Positions 1 through 15,349 of a DNA stretch of 64,000 nucleotides are shown here, in pieces. The stretch comes from Octopus vulgaris (Eukaryota). A model generated the notes under the pieces. It did no database searches, was not told the DNA's origin, and saw nothing but the letters and a program-made list of their open reading frames with translations. The position numbers and the translations under genes were made by a program. Numbering within the stretch: the stretch's first letter is position 1; every line of letters begins with the position of its first letter. The stretch is taken from positions 27,528,001 through 27,592,000 of the forward strand of contig OX597832.1 in the NCBI GenBank assembly GCA_951406725.2, in the 5' to 3' direction.

Positions 1-330
1 GCTATGTTGTGAGTTCAAATTCCACCGAGGTCGACTTTGCCTTTCATCCTTTCGGGGTCGATTAAACAAGTACCAGTTACGCTCTGGGGTCGATATAATC
101 GACTTAATCCGTTTGTCTGTTCTTGTTTGTCCCCTCTGTGTTTAGCCCCTTGTGGGTAGTAAAGAAATAGGTATTTCGTCTGTCTATACGTTCTGGGTTC
201 AAATTCCACCAAGGTCAAGTTTGCCTTTCATCCTTTCGGGGTCGATGAATTAAGTACCAGATGAGTACTGGGGTCTAATCGACTGGCTTCCTCCCCCAAA
301 AATTCCGGCGCTGTGCCTAGAGTAGAAGAG
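1..330 (+). mobile_element. tRNA-derived SINE family B, two tandem 5'-truncated units with different 3' tails
   Basis: B-box GTTCAAATTCC plus conserved block GAGGTCGACTTTGCCTTTCATCCTTTCGGGGTCGAT..AAGTACCAG occurs twice (second slightly diverged); the same block recurs in many dispersed copies in the window. Confidence 0.85.
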
Positions 331-459
331 TATATATCATTATAAATATGTACCTAAATGGTCTTAACATGCTAGAGACTTCACAGAATCATTAAATGGT
401 TTTATCCGTAATCAATTAATTAATTAATTATAAATAAATATATATATATTAATGTATGT

Positions 460-668
460 GTGTCCTTGTATCCGTCTATGTCCCCCCCCTTTAAAAGCGC
501 TGTGGATGCTTTTAGAGCCACGTAACTTAGTGGTTCGGCAAAATGGACCGACAGGATAGATATCCGGCTTTACCAAGAAATAAGTCCTGGGGTCGATTCA
601 TTCAGCCAAAATTCTTCAAAGCAGTGCCCCAGCATGGCCACAGACAAATGCCTGAAACAAGAAAGAGG
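460..668 (+). mobile_element. SINE family A, diverged 3' module
   Basis: cgtaacttagtggttcggcaaaa...aagtcctggggtcgat...cagcatggccacag..tgaaacaag, matching other family A copies. Confidence 0.7.
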
Positions 669-989
669 TAAAATTTACCCCCGGGTGGACTGACTATTAT
701 CGGCACGGGAACCTGGAGACCGATATTATGTGTCTCTATAACTCGGGACGTTTCTCTGTACACACACATATATACACGTATCCACAGATATTGACACCTA
801 CCCAACTAAAAGTAGAATCGATCCTACCGGTGCTCTGTCACATAAGGGTGGAGGTGGAGCCATAGATCTCCTCACCAGCTAAGGGTGGATGTGACGTCAT
901 TGATACCCTTGTGTTTATTTCTGTTGAATAAATTTTATTGCAGCAAGCGGAAAAACACAAACACAAACACTACATACGTAAATACAAAC

Positions 990-2175
<1,186 letters not shown>

Positions 2176-2736
2176 TTCAGAGAGAGAGTGAGAGAGAGAG
2201 AGTGGAGAATAAATGAAAGACAAGAAAAATGTAGGCGGAAGAGACGGAGAGAGCGAGATTGCAGATTACTATTGTTAAAAAAAGTGTTTTACAAAAGATA
2301 TGAATAATAGAAATCATTAATTTTGCCATACACAAGAAAATTCTTCCTAACCATAATTTTATCCTTTTTTTTTTAATTATATCTCTTTTTTCTTTCTTTT
2401 TCTTTTTTTTTTCATTGCAACACGATTATATTTTTAGATATATTCTCTCCCGTTCCATTCGCAATCTCGTTTATATGAGATTTCTCCCCTCCCACCACCG
2501 TTGATTTTTTTTTTCTTTATTATCCTTCGCTTGGTAGTTTATAGGTTCCTCTGGTCTCTTTGATTTCCTTTCTCCCCTTCGTTCTTTCCCTCTTTCTTTC
2601 TCTCCTTGGTCTCCTTCAAAGCGGCTGGTTTTATACAATGGATGGCTTCTTTGTAGGAATAAATTTCATTTCGTTCTCATTTGATTTCAGTCTTTTATGA
2701 TTGAAATGATGGAAATTTAAGGTTAGTGTGGAGTTA

Positions 2737-3517
2737 TCGAGAGAACAGGACGGCTTGGAACTTGATATAAAAGACCAAAGCGTATTAATTCGTATTATTC
2801 CATCGTAACACGGAATAAACTCACTCTGCTCCGAAACTTGGGAAAAGAACATTTGATAAAATAAGTTGTGTTAAAGATCTGGAGTGAACGGCATATAAGG
2901 ACAGCCCTGACTAGGACCTTGCTTGAACAGAGCAAGTGCCTGTTGCTTTGTGGGGACCTACATGAAGGGGTGTTTTAGGGTCTGGAGTGAAACAGCTTCG
3001 AGAGAACAGGATGGCTTGGAACTTGATATAAAAGACCAAAGCGTATTAATTCGTATTATTCCATCGTAACACGGAATAAACTCACTCTGCTCCGAAACTT
3101 GGGAAAAGAACATTTGATAAAATAAGTTGAGTTAAAGATCTGGAGTGAACGGCATATAAGGACAGCCCTGACTAGGACCTTGCTTGAACAGGGCAAGCGC
3201 CTGTTGCTTTGTGAGGACCTACATATATGAAGGGGTGTTTTAGGGTCTGGAGTGAAACAGCTTCGAGAGAACAGGATGGCTTGGAACTTGATATAAAAGA
3301 CCAAAGCGTATTAATTCGTATTATTCCATCGTAACACGGAATAAACTCACTCTGCTCCGAAACTTGGAAAAAGAACATTTGATAAAATAAGTTGTGTTAA
3401 AGATCTGGAGTGAACGGCATATAAGGACAGCCATGCCTAGGACCTTGCTTGAACAGGGCAAGTGCCCGTTGCTTTGTGGGGACCTACATGAAGTGGTGTT
3501 TTAGGGTCTGGAGTGAA
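2737..3517. repeat. Tandem repeat, three copies of a ~261-265 bp unit
   Basis: TCGAGAGAACAGGA starts at 2737, 2998 and 3263; the units are nearly identical. Confidence 0.95.
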
Positions 3518-3778
3518 CGGGATGCGGGTTTTCTTCATTTGGATAGAGGATGCTGAAAACAACAGCATCGATACATTTTATCAGCTTCAAACAAGCTGTT
3601 TAGCCCTGAGTCAACCATTATCCAGGTCTTATCAGAGCCATGTCTTATGTATATATATGTATATATAATCAATTCAAATAAACAAGCAATTAAAATTAAA
3701 AAAGTAAAAGCGAACGTGAGGCTGTACATGAGAAATATATTAATTGGACGCTCGGTGAAGGGAAGTCCAGAGAGAATA

Positions 3779-3821
<43 letters not shown>

Positions 3822-3865
3822 ATGTATGTATGTATGTATATATATGTGTGTTTTTTTTGTGTGTG

Positions 3866-3960
<95 letters not shown>

Positions 3961-3962
<2 letters not shown>

Positions 3963-4121
3963 CGCAGGCGTGGCTGTGTGGTAATAAGCTTGCTTCCTAA
4001 CAACATGGTTCCGGGTTCAGTCCTACTGTATGATATCTTAGGCAACTGTCTTCTACTATAGCATTGGGCCAACAAAAGCCTTGTGAGTCGATTTGGTAGA
4101 CAGAAAGTGAAAGAATGTATG

Positions 4122-4161
<40 letters not shown>

Positions 4162-4418
4162 TATATATTATGTATTTATGTATATGTATATATATATTTG
4201 TGTATGCATGTTTTTGTGTCTGTATTTGTTCCCATCACCGTTTGACAACCGGTGTTGGTGTGTTTACGTTCCCGTAACCTAACGGTAGAGCGAAAGAGGC
4301 ACAGAGAATAAGTTCTACGCTTACAAAAATAAGTTCTGGGGTCGATTTGTTACATTAAATCCCTTGGAGGCGGTGCTCCAGCATGGCCGCAATCAAATAA
4401 CTGAAACAAATAAAAGAG
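3961..4418 (+). mobile_element. tRNA-derived SINE family A (CORE-like), full length, with internal TA/TG microsatellite
   Basis: GGCGCAGG head, A-box TGGCTGTGTGG, B-box GGTTCAGTCC, CORE-like block (ACCTTGGGCAAGTG in intact copies), 3' tail GGCGGTGCTCCAGCATGGCCGC...GAAACAA.TAAAAGAG. Confidence 0.85.
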
Positions 4419-4589
4419 TGTGTATATATATATATGTATATGTGTGTGTGTGTGTGTATGACATAAGTTATGACATGCTGTAATATAATATATGATACAC
4501 GTTATGACATACGTTGTTATAATATATGACAGAAAATAAGATAAAACAGAGATTTATGATGTGATGTCTTTTTGTTTTTGTTTTCACAG

Positions 4590-4772
4590 AACGTAACATA
4601 TTATTCATACCGAGGCCGATTCTCTGAGTCTACGGTTTTGGTGACCATTCACAAGAGTGGAATAAGTCCACGGGGAAAACAGATGTGGCAGAGAGAGTTG
4701 CTGAGTATCCCAACTGTGCCGCCCTCACACCTGCGGGGATGTAAGATCATTGATGTACAATACTGTCTGGAG
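4590..4772 (+). CDS. Internal coding exon of an alpha-arrestin / arrestin domain-containing (ARRDC-family) protein, arrestin-C domain; paralogue not resolvable
   Basis: Polypyrimidine tract + cacag acceptor (AG 4588-4589) and GAG|gtgaga donor. 183 nt, phase 0-0. Translates NVTYYSYRGRFSESTVLVTIHKSGISPRGKQMWQRELLSIPTVPPSHLRGCKIIDVQYCLE, matching the arrestin-C pattern W...LxIPxxPPSxLxxCxIIxVxYxL. Confidence 0.9.
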
Positions 4773-4831
4773 GTGAGACCATTCAACTATTAATATATTC
4801 CCTACTCCCCACTGACCGTATCCCTCCTATT

Positions 4832-4869
<38 letters not shown>

Positions 4870-4986
4870 ATTGAGGTAATCAGATCAGATGGTTCATATT
4901 TGTAGATATTTATTTATATATTACATTTTTTACATATATATCATATCATTCGGATTAGCGCTTGCTCCCATTCTAGTGGTTTTCAA

Positions 4987-5028
<42 letters not shown>

Positions 5029-5182
5029 AAGGCGCTAGCACAGAAACTCCCCTCCCAAAGGTCTGTGTCTATCTGCTTCTTCAAAGCAATTTTCTTATAA
5101 TTCATAATTTGTGATTTTCGAAAATCTTTCTTCAAATATTGTGATTGTATCCAGAATATAGTCTAAAAACTTTATACTTAGA

Positions 5183-5696
5183 CTAGCAGTATCGCCCGGC
5201 GTTGCTCGGGTTTGTAAGGGAAATAACTATATAAGCATTTTTAGAGAGTTACTTCCGTTATAGATGCCAATTCGGGCTTTCTTAGCCATTTCTGTTTTGG
5301 TGTCTTCAAGCCATGAAGTCGTTGTTCTAAAAGAACGCTGGTCTCCTTGACAATGCCTTACGACGTTGATTTCCTTACACTCCCTTCCCCACAGCTTCAC
5401 GAGGGAGGGAAGAAGGAGGAGAAGCAACACAGGTGCAGATGTGAGCGTGGACGCCAACTCCGCCGCCATCGACACACGAAAAAATATGCATTAAAATGGA
5501 ATAAAAATTGATGTTAAATTATTTTAAAAATCGTAGACTCATCGTAGACGGGCGCTAATACCCAGAAGGGATCGATATGAATCACGACTATAAGATACCC
5601 GAATTTGGTTAAACTGCACCACAAAATGTGGGAGTAGTTAGGAATCTAAATCGAAGGGGACAGACACTCACTCAACCTCTCTTTTATATATAAAGA
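5183..5696 (-). mobile_element. Non-autonomous Helitron
   Basis: The minus strand begins A|TCTTTATATATAAAAG and ends with a GC-rich hairpin CCCGAGCAACGCCGGG, then CGATACTG-CTAG|T. 5'-TC, subterminal hairpin, CTAG-3', insertion between A and T and no TSD are the Helitron hallmarks. Confidence 0.85.
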
Positions 5697-6680
5697 TATA
5701 TATATACGTGTGTGTGTGTGTGTGTGTGTGGAGAGAGAGAGACAGACAGACAGACAGGCAGACATACAGAGACAGTGTCAGACAGACAGATAAATAAATA
5801 GATAGATAGATGTGTGTGTGCGTGCGTGGGGGGGGGCGTGTGTGTGTGTTCTCTTCCGTATCTAGTTAATTAAAGTATTCCTCTGAGGGAAGCTGGTTTC
5901 TAACAAAGATACCAAACTCCATCGTTGGAACGCGAGGAAAACAATGTCATATTTTAAACTTGCACATTTTTACTCTTCCACTTACAGACTGTATTTCTAA
6001 TGTGCGTGTACAAAACAAACAGATGTATTAGTATAACGCTCGGGAAGTGGAAAAGTCTTTAACGTTTCGAGCCTACGCTCTTCTACAGAAAGGGACACAG
6101 AAAGAAACAAGGAGAGAAAAAAATGCGTGTAGTGGCTACCGATCTATCATGGCGATCTATCATGTGTAAACATATACACATTCCTGCATTTGAATATTGA
6201 CGAACTTTCATGTTCCTATGCCAACTCCCCAGAGAGAATTCACCATAATAAGCACAGATTTAAAGCATCACTAATATCTTCTGTCGCTGTTCTTGAATAT
6301 ATTTAACGCATTCATTAATGCGGTCAATGAGGAATACAAGAGAATAATTCCCGCTGATGTTTATTGTTGTATTCATTGTGAATTTAATCATGCGTAGACA
6401 AGACACCAATTATGGAAAGGGGCTCCATCCTCTGCATGTCAGTTCAAGATATGTTTATACGTAAGTTTTGAAATATCGATTATTCTTTATAATCGGTAAA
6501 TAGTGAGCATAGATGCATGGCCCGCTGGTTAGGGTGTTAGAATCATGATCGTCAAATCTCAGTTCAATTCTTGGATCAGGTGGTATGTTGTGCTTTTGAT
6601 CAAGGTCAAGGGAGTTGGCATTTTAGAAATTAAGGAAATCTCGAACGCAGGAGGGAAGCTGTGGAAGATTTACTTCCTTA

Positions 6681-7080
6681 CTCTCTTTGATTCTTTTACT
6701 TGTTTCAGTCATTTGACTGTGGCCATGCTGGAGCACCGCCTTTAGTCGACCAAATAGACTCCAGGACTTATTCTTTGTAAGCCTAGTACTTATCCTATCG
6801 GTCTCTTTTGCCAAAACGCTAAGTTACGGGGACGTAAACACACCAGCATCGGTTGTCAAGCGAAGTTGGGGGGACAAACACAAATACACAATTACATACA
6901 CACATATACATATATACGACAGGCTTGTTTTCAGTTTCCGTCTACCAAATTCACTCACAAGGCTTTGGTCGGCCCGAGGCTATAGTAGAAGACACTTACC
7001 CAAGGTGCCACGCAGTGGGACTGAACCCGGAACCATGTTGTTGGTAAGCAAGCAACTTACCACACAGCCACTCCTGCGCC
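6681..7080 (-). mobile_element. SINE family A, full length
   Basis: Reverse-complement match to 3961-4418 from head to tail. Confidence 0.88.
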
Positions 7081-7168
7081 TAAAATAAAATACCAACTCA
7101 CTCGAAGCTTTAACGTTTGTTTATAAAAACTCTACTCACATTCCAAAAGCTATTATGTGGGTTAATAA

Positions 7169-7316
7169 GGCGGCGAATTGGCAGAATCGTTAGCACGCCG
7201 GACGAAATGCTTAGCGGCATTTCGTCCGTCTTTACGCTCTGAGATCAAATTCCGCTGAGATCCACTTTACTTTTCTTCCTGTCGGTGTCAATAAAATAAG
7301 TACCAGTCGATCACTG
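7169..7316 (+). mobile_element. SINE family B, diverged
   Basis: GGCGGCGAATTGGCAGAATCGTTAGCACGCCGG head plus the conserved central block. Confidence 0.75.
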
Positions 7317-7525
7317 TGACCGTTCCGTGTTTCAGTCTGGCAGAGCGAGTCTAGGACTACATTATCCAATGTGCGTCAGTCATCTAAACCGCCAAAGTGT
7401 TAATTTCAGAGAAATTCGAAATTTCGCTTAAACCACAGTCCGAGCGGTCACACATCGACTCCACCCTCAATCCTCCTCTGTCTTACCGTTTGGTATATAC
7501 ATTGTTATATATATATATATATAAA

Positions 7526-7730
7526 GGCGGCGAGCTGGCAGAGACGTTAACACGCCGGGCGAAATGCATAGCTGTATTTCGTCTGCCGTTACGTCCTGAG
7601 TTCAAATTCCGCCGAGGTCGACTTTACCTTTCATCCTTTCGGGGTTGATTAAATAAGTACCAGTTACGCACTGGGGTTGATGTAATCGACTTAATCTGTT
7701 TGTCTGCCCTTTTTTGTCCCCTGAAATAGG
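7526..7730 (+). mobile_element. SINE family B
   Basis: GGCGGCGAGCTGGCAGA head, B-box GTTCAAATTCC, central block, ttacgcactgggg tail. Confidence 0.85.
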
Positions 7731-7815
7731 TATATACATTGTTGGTTCTCCTTCTTTCACTCTCACGTCTACTTCTCTGTGTCTCTCTCACTCTGTCTGT
7801 CAGTTGGTCTGTCCC

Positions 7816-7855
<40 letters not shown>

Positions 7856-8318
7856 CCTATCTATTTATCTATCTATCTATCCTCTTTGTCTTCTACGCAT
7901 TATACTTATAAAAGCATACGAGCGTTGCCAAGACAAAAACCTGACCTGAGATCCGCCAACAGCCGGCAGAAAATAAAATATTTGCGAATATTTCGATTAT
8001 TGTCATGGTTTTTACCATTCCAGTCAATCCCTGTTGACTGCACCTGCAGCAGCAGCAGCAACAGCAGCAGCGAGTGCGACGGCAACAAATATTACCATGG
8101 TGATGCCATGACAACGGCATTCCGTCGATGACACAAGTAGTTCTGGTTCCTGGCGATGTTTTCACCATTTTAACTGTTTTATAGGAAGCGAGTGAGCGAC
8201 GACTGTATGACGTTTCTCTTACGTGTGCGAAATTATGGTGGGCGGCTTGTGATTGCTGTGTGGGATATCACATGGCCGAGTGTGTGTGTGAGTGTGTGTA
8301 TGTATGCGTGTGCGTGTG

Positions 8319-8422
<104 letters not shown>

Positions 8423-8444
8423 AGGATTGTGTATATAGGTGTGT

Positions 8445-8495
<51 letters not shown>

Positions 8496-8585
8496 CAAAT
8501 ATAAATATAAATATTTAGCTCTATTTATGATATTCATGTGTGCTTGTGTGTATAAAAATATTATATATTTACATGTATATGTATG

Positions 8586-8617
<32 letters not shown>

Positions 8618-8642
8618 TTATATATTTACATGTATATGTATG

Positions 8643-8682
<40 letters not shown>

Positions 8683-8742
8683 GGTGTGGGTGCGTGTGTG
8701 TATGTGTGTGCATGTGTGTGCGTGTGTGTGTGTGTGTATGTT

Positions 8743-8900
<158 letters not shown>

Positions 8901-8988
8901 CATGTATATATATATAAAATATATATTTACATGTATATGTTTATATATATACACACAGGCATATATACGTTGTGTGTGTGCATGCGTG

Positions 8989-9072
<84 letters not shown>

Positions 9073-9340
9073 GGTGGACAGAGTTGCTGAGCTATAACAG
9101 CAATTGTGAAACAAGCATATTGATGATTCGAACGTATTACCAATCGAGAAATGGCCGTGGTCAGAAATCTGTGATAACAATAGGTCAGTAAGTTGTGTTC
9201 ACCTCACACACACACACACATTTGCGTACTCGACTTTAGCACACTTTTCTACCGTTTGATTTCTTTTTCTGTGCGGTATAACAAAATGAATATAATATAC
9301 GTATGCACGTGTATGTACGTGTGTATATATATATATATGT

Positions 9341-9697
9341 GGAGGCGCAATGGCCCAGTGGTTAGGGCAGCGGACTCGCGGTCATAGGATCGCGGTTTCG
9401 ATTCCCAGACCAGGCGAAAACACCTAAAGCTCCACGATGCTCCGGCAGGGGATGGTGGTGATCCCTGCTGTACTCTTTCGCCACAACTTTCTCTCACTCT
9501 TACTTCCTGTTTCTGTTGTACCTGTATTTCAAAGGGCCGGCCTTGTCACTCTCTGTGTCACGCTGAATATCCCCGAGAACTACGTTAAGGGTACACGTGT
9601 CTGTGGAATACTCAGCCACTTACACGTTAATTTCACGAGCAGGCTGTTCCGTTGATCGGATCAACCGGAACCCTCGTCGTCGTAACCGACGGAGTGC
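9341..9697 (+). mobile_element. tRNA-derived SINE family C (resembles octopus OR-type SINEs)
   Basis: GGAGGCGCAATGGCCCAGTGGTTAGGGCAGCGGACTCG...GTTTCGATTCCC tRNA-like head with A and B boxes; second copy at 22815-23071. Confidence 0.8.
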
Positions 9698-9724
9698 TTC
9701 CATATATATATATATATATATATA

Positions 9725-10103
9725 GGTGCAGTTGTGGCTGTCTGTTAAGTAGCTTGCCTCCCAACCACGTGGTTCCGGGTTCAGTCCCACTGCATGGCAC
9801 CTTGGGCAAGTGTCTTCTACTATAGCCTCGGGCCGACCAAAGCCTTGTGAATGGATTTGGTAGACGGAAACTGAAAGAAGCCCGTCGTATATGTATATAT
9901 ACATTGTGTTACTTGTTTTAGTCATTTGACTGTGGCCATGCTGGAGCACCAGCTTCAGTCGAACAACTCTGCCGTAGGACTTACGCTTTGTAAGCTTAGT
10001 ACTTTATTATACCGTTCTCTTTTGCCGAACCGCTAAGCTACGCGGACATAAACACACTAATATCTGTTGTCAAGCGATGGTGGAGGAACAAACACAGAAA
10101 CAT

Positions 10104-10134
<31 letters not shown>

Positions 10135-10286
10135 CATACGACGGGCTTCTTTCAGTTTCCATCTGTCAGATCCACTCAGAAGGCTTTTGGTCGGCTCGAG
10201 GTGATACTAAGTAGACATCTGTCTAAGGTGCCACGCATTGGGACTGAACCCGGAACCATGTGGTTGGGAAGCAAGCTTCTTACTAC
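9725..10286. mobile_element. Two SINE family A copies in opposite orientation (5' module on + at 9725-9888; near-full copy on - at 9909-10286)
   Basis: Each matches the family A consensus; the two 5' modules are reverse complements about 250 bp apart. Confidence 0.85.
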
Positions 10287-10888
10287 ACACACAGATGCAC
10301 ACATACACACATAATATACGTACATTCCAACGAGCGATTTGAAGGGTCGTTGTTGTGTGAAAAAGAAAAGCAAATTTTGATGTCATAAATTTATCAAAAG
10401 ATACTCGATTAGTATTGAATCGTGTATCTACCGTCTGTTGATCCTCTTTTATTGACGAACATACTCCTGTGTGTGTGTGTGTGTGTATGCATCCACGCAC
10501 AAACTCACATAGATACGTTTACGTCATAAAACATTCGAGAGAACGTGGAAACATTTTTTGTGTTTTGGTTTTTGGAATAGAAGATCTTGACGTCCATATA
10601 CTGTTATTAATAATAGCGTTTAAATATTGGGCTGAAAAAAACATTATATTATTTCCCGTCATGAAACAGTAAATCGTATCTATCTATCTTTTTATCTATC
10701 CATCTATCCATCTATCCATCTATCTATATCTATCTATCTATCTATCTATTTATCTATATATATATCTATCAATCTATCTATATCTATCTATCTATCTACC
10801 GACTTATCTATCAATCTATCTATCCATCTATCTATCTCTATCTATCTATTTATTTCCCGACCTATCTATCTATCTATCTATCCATCCC

Positions 10889-10977
<89 letters not shown>

Positions 10978-11069
10978 ATCTATCTATCTATCTATCTATC
11001 TATCCATCTATCTATCTCTATCTATCTATTTATTTACCGACCTATCTACCTATCTATCTATCTATTTAT

Positions 11070-11133
<64 letters not shown>

Positions 11134-11234
11134 ATCTATCTATATATCTACCTGTCTGCATTTATTTATTTATTTATATATGTGTATATATCTCTCAGTC
11201 TATGTATTCATATCCGTATTTCTTTCTCTCGCAG

Positions 11235-11492
11235 TTGAGCATCAAACCTTCGGGATTGGCACGCAAGATCAAACTTCCGGTAGACATTATAATTGGCACG
11301 AAACCATTACAAGATGTCTACCATCCCACCTACTTCCATCATTCGTTCCCTTCTCCTACCGAGTCCTGTCGTCTGTTCAGTCCCTTCCTCTGCGATACAG
11401 CGTCTGATCAAGTGTTTCTCACGGAATCATCATTTCACCAACACATGCTACCCACAGCGCCACCTTGGGAAGATGATGACGACATACCCTGA
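11235..11492 (+). CDS. Last coding exon of the same ARRDC-family gene (end of arrestin-C plus tail)
   Basis: tttctctcgcag acceptor, phase 0, in frame with the upstream exon. [25 protein letters not shown] matches the arrestin-C terminal LxLPxxIxIGTxPL motif. The tail ends [16 protein letters not shown] (11490-11492). Intron is 4773-11234. Confidence 0.88.
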   Translation: MSIKPSGLARKIKLPVDIIIGTKPLQDVYHPTYFHHSFPSPTESCRLFSPFLCDTASDQVFLTESSFHQHMLPTAPPWEDDDDIP

Positions 11493-11627
11493 AGTCCCTA
11501 TTTCCGACCATTCGCATCTTTGGGGGAAAAATTCCATCTCTTGTAAGAAATTTTACCTATTGCTCTTTCTTCCTTTTTCAGTTTCTAGGCAGTTCTTATT
11601 TTCTTTTTGTCTCTGTTTATCTCTGTC

Positions 11628-11757
<130 letters not shown>

Positions 11758-11830
11758 TACATATTTATCCATTCATCTATATATATATATATATCGGATT
11801 GTTTATATATTATCTCGTTTGTACCAATTT

Positions 11831-11874
<44 letters not shown>

Positions 11875-11886
11875 CATACATACATG

Positions 11887-11920
<34 letters not shown>

Positions 11921-11992
11921 TATATATATGCATATATGTTGTATCCACATACATACATACATACATACATACATACATACATACGCACATAC

Positions 11993-12028
<36 letters not shown>

Positions 12029-12137
12029 GTTGTATCCACATACATACATACATACATACATACGTACATACATACATACGTACATACATACATACACACA
12101 TATATGCATATATACACATAATATATATATATATATA

Positions 12138-12199
<62 letters not shown>

Positions 12200-12853
12200 G
12201 CATATATCTTGTATCCACACACACACTTATATGCATACATACATACATATGTCTAGCGATCTGTCTCTCTGTATTGCAGTCTGTCTCAATATCTGCGCAT
12301 GCGTTTGTCTGAATGTTTGTCTGTTATGTTCATTCGTTTTCTTTGTCACAATATCTCTAATCGCTGTCATAATTTTCATCATCATCATCATCGACATCAT
12401 CATCGTCGTTGTCATCGATATCATTTTGTCGCCGCCATCATCATCATTATCATCATCATCAACGTAACTATTCTCGTCGTCTTCCTAACCATAACCATTC
12501 TTTTCGCTAAATCCTACCCCGTTTTAACCTTCTATTATTTCCCTTTTGCAGACCGTCAACATGGAAGAAGAAAATTCGAGAGAACAGTTTTCGTGGCCGT
12601 CAGTCTGCTTAGCAACATGTCTCTATACTTAACCCCTACACACTTACACGCACATACACTCCACTATATTCACACACACACTCACATCAGCTCGCTCATA
12701 TACATGTATGTGCGCGCGCACACACGCACAAATGCACAGACACATAGATACAAATACACACACACACATATATATATATAAATGTAAATATATATGAATG
12801 TATATAGATACTAATACATACATATATATATATATATATAAAAATAGATACAA

Positions 12854-12907
<54 letters not shown>

Positions 12908-12931
12908 ATGTAAATATATATGTATGTATAT

Positions 12932-12993
<62 letters not shown>

Positions 12994-13658
12994 ATATAAA
13001 TATATATATATGTATGTATACGTCGGCTCAGAAGACATTTAATCAACCATAAAAGATTAGCGGACAGAGTGTGGCATCCAGTTGACATGTTGGATAAATT
13101 CTGCTAGCCATTGCATCGAATTTTTGATGAGGAGTCGTTAAATTCTTCAACAACAAGAACAACAACAACAACAACAGTAGACAAGGCAAGAAGAGCATCA
13201 TTTACAACAACAACAACAACGACGATGACGACACGCAATAATAACAACAATTACGAAAGAAAAAACATCAACAACAACTCCTACTTCGCCAAGTATCATC
13301 TTTAGACAAACCTTCCACACCATTCTGCGATCTTGATAACCAAATTCTTCAACGGATGAAACCCAACTCCAAACCGAAGAAAAAAAAATCGAAACTGTCT
13401 CCTCCTCCTCCTCCTCCTCATCTCCGCTAGGAAATATGGCAGATTTCAGCATCAGACATCATCAGTGTTCAGAGAGTACCGTAGAGTACCGTAGAGTATT
13501 TCACAGTACTCTGTTATACCTGTACTGGACAACTCCACGTGCAGTGCAGACATTGAACTGGCGGGGGGAAATCTTAGACATTACAAAAAAGAACTGATTT
13601 CCCAGACAGAAGAGTTCCAATGAACTGGAAAATATAGTATAATAATAATAATAATAAC

Positions 13659-13707
<49 letters not shown>

Positions 13708-14093
13708 GTGATGATGATGATGATGATAATGCTGATGATGACGGTGATGTTGAAACTGTCTGTAGGAACGTATTATTTTTTCATTTGGTGCGGGATGGGC
13801 ATCGAAAAGTCATTCACAATATCATGTTTTATTTGTTTTTTTATATATTGTAAAAGGTATTTTTTTTGTTATGTTTGTTTGGGTCTTTTTTTTTATAATT
13901 TTCTTGTTTTGTTTTGTTTCGTTTCGTGTTGAATCGTGAAAAAAACATGGTCTAATTGTAGTGGCTACGACTGCTGCTTTTACCGCCATCTGGTGGACAG
14001 TGATAACGAAAAGTTTAGTTTTATTTTTTTCATTTATTTTTTTTAACTCGAGCAAAAACTTCCAACATCATCCAGCTTTACTGCGTTCAGTCG

Positions 14094-14208
<115 letters not shown>

Positions 14209-14349
14209 ATGTCTGTGTGTGTGTGTGCGTGCGTGTCTGTGTGTGTGTGTGCGTGCGTAAGGGCGTGCTTGCGTGTATGTATGTAGGTATATGCATAGCT
14301 ATTTGTAGATGTGTTTATATACAGTTGCGCATGTATGTATATAAATATA

Positions 14350-14380
<31 letters not shown>

Positions 14381-14407
14381 GTATGTAGATATTTATGTAT
14401 GTATATT

Positions 14408-14442
<35 letters not shown>

Positions 14443-14680
14443 GTATGTATATATACATATACATACATATATATAGATATATATACATATATGCATAAAT
14501 ACATACACACATACGTATATATGCATATGTATATATACATATGTATATATAATTACATATATATACTTATATACATGTAAAAAATACATACGTACATATA
14601 TGTATATATGCGTGTGTGTGTGTGTGTATGTATATATAATACATATATATATATACATATATATATACATATATATATAC

Positions 14681-14711
<31 letters not shown>

Positions 14712-15173
14712 CATATATATATACATATATATATATATGTATGTATGTATGTATGTGTGTGTGTGGTTATTTAATTTCATTTCAAGATTTCATGCCAATA
14801 GAAAAAGAGTCGGTTTCTAACCGAGATCCAAGGCTCCTACATTTCAGCATCAACAGGCTTATTTTTGTATGTATGTATGTATGTATGTATGTATGTATGT
14901 ATGTATGTATGTATGTATGTATGTATGTACGTATGTATGTATGTATTGGTTCCGAAAGACGTCCGTCTCAGACAAAAGAAAAAGGTAAGGGAGAGAAAAC
15001 CTGGTTTACAAACACAATTGTTTTTGCTTTTGTGGGATATTTTAATTATTTAAGAATATTAAGTAATTAATTCATTGCTGTTAAGATTAATGGGTTGATA
15101 AAAAGTATGGATGAACAGACGAAAGAATGAGAACAAAATTGTGATATAGCATTTTGCAATGTATTCCAAACCC

Positions 15174-15212
<39 letters not shown>

Positions 15213-15297
15213 TATAATATAAGAATATACGTACATATACACATATATATACATATACATATATATATGCATATACGCATATATATGCACATACATA

Positions 15298-15349
<52 letters not shown>

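Noticed and set aside
8024-8131. Possible alternative terminal exon (ccattccag|SIPVDCTC...)
   Set aside because: Low-complexity CAG content, no arrestin similarity, no supporting evidence.
9341-9416. tRNA-like sequence
   Set aside because: Continues into a SINE body that is repeated at 22.8 kb with a TSD; it is a SINE head, not a tRNA gene.
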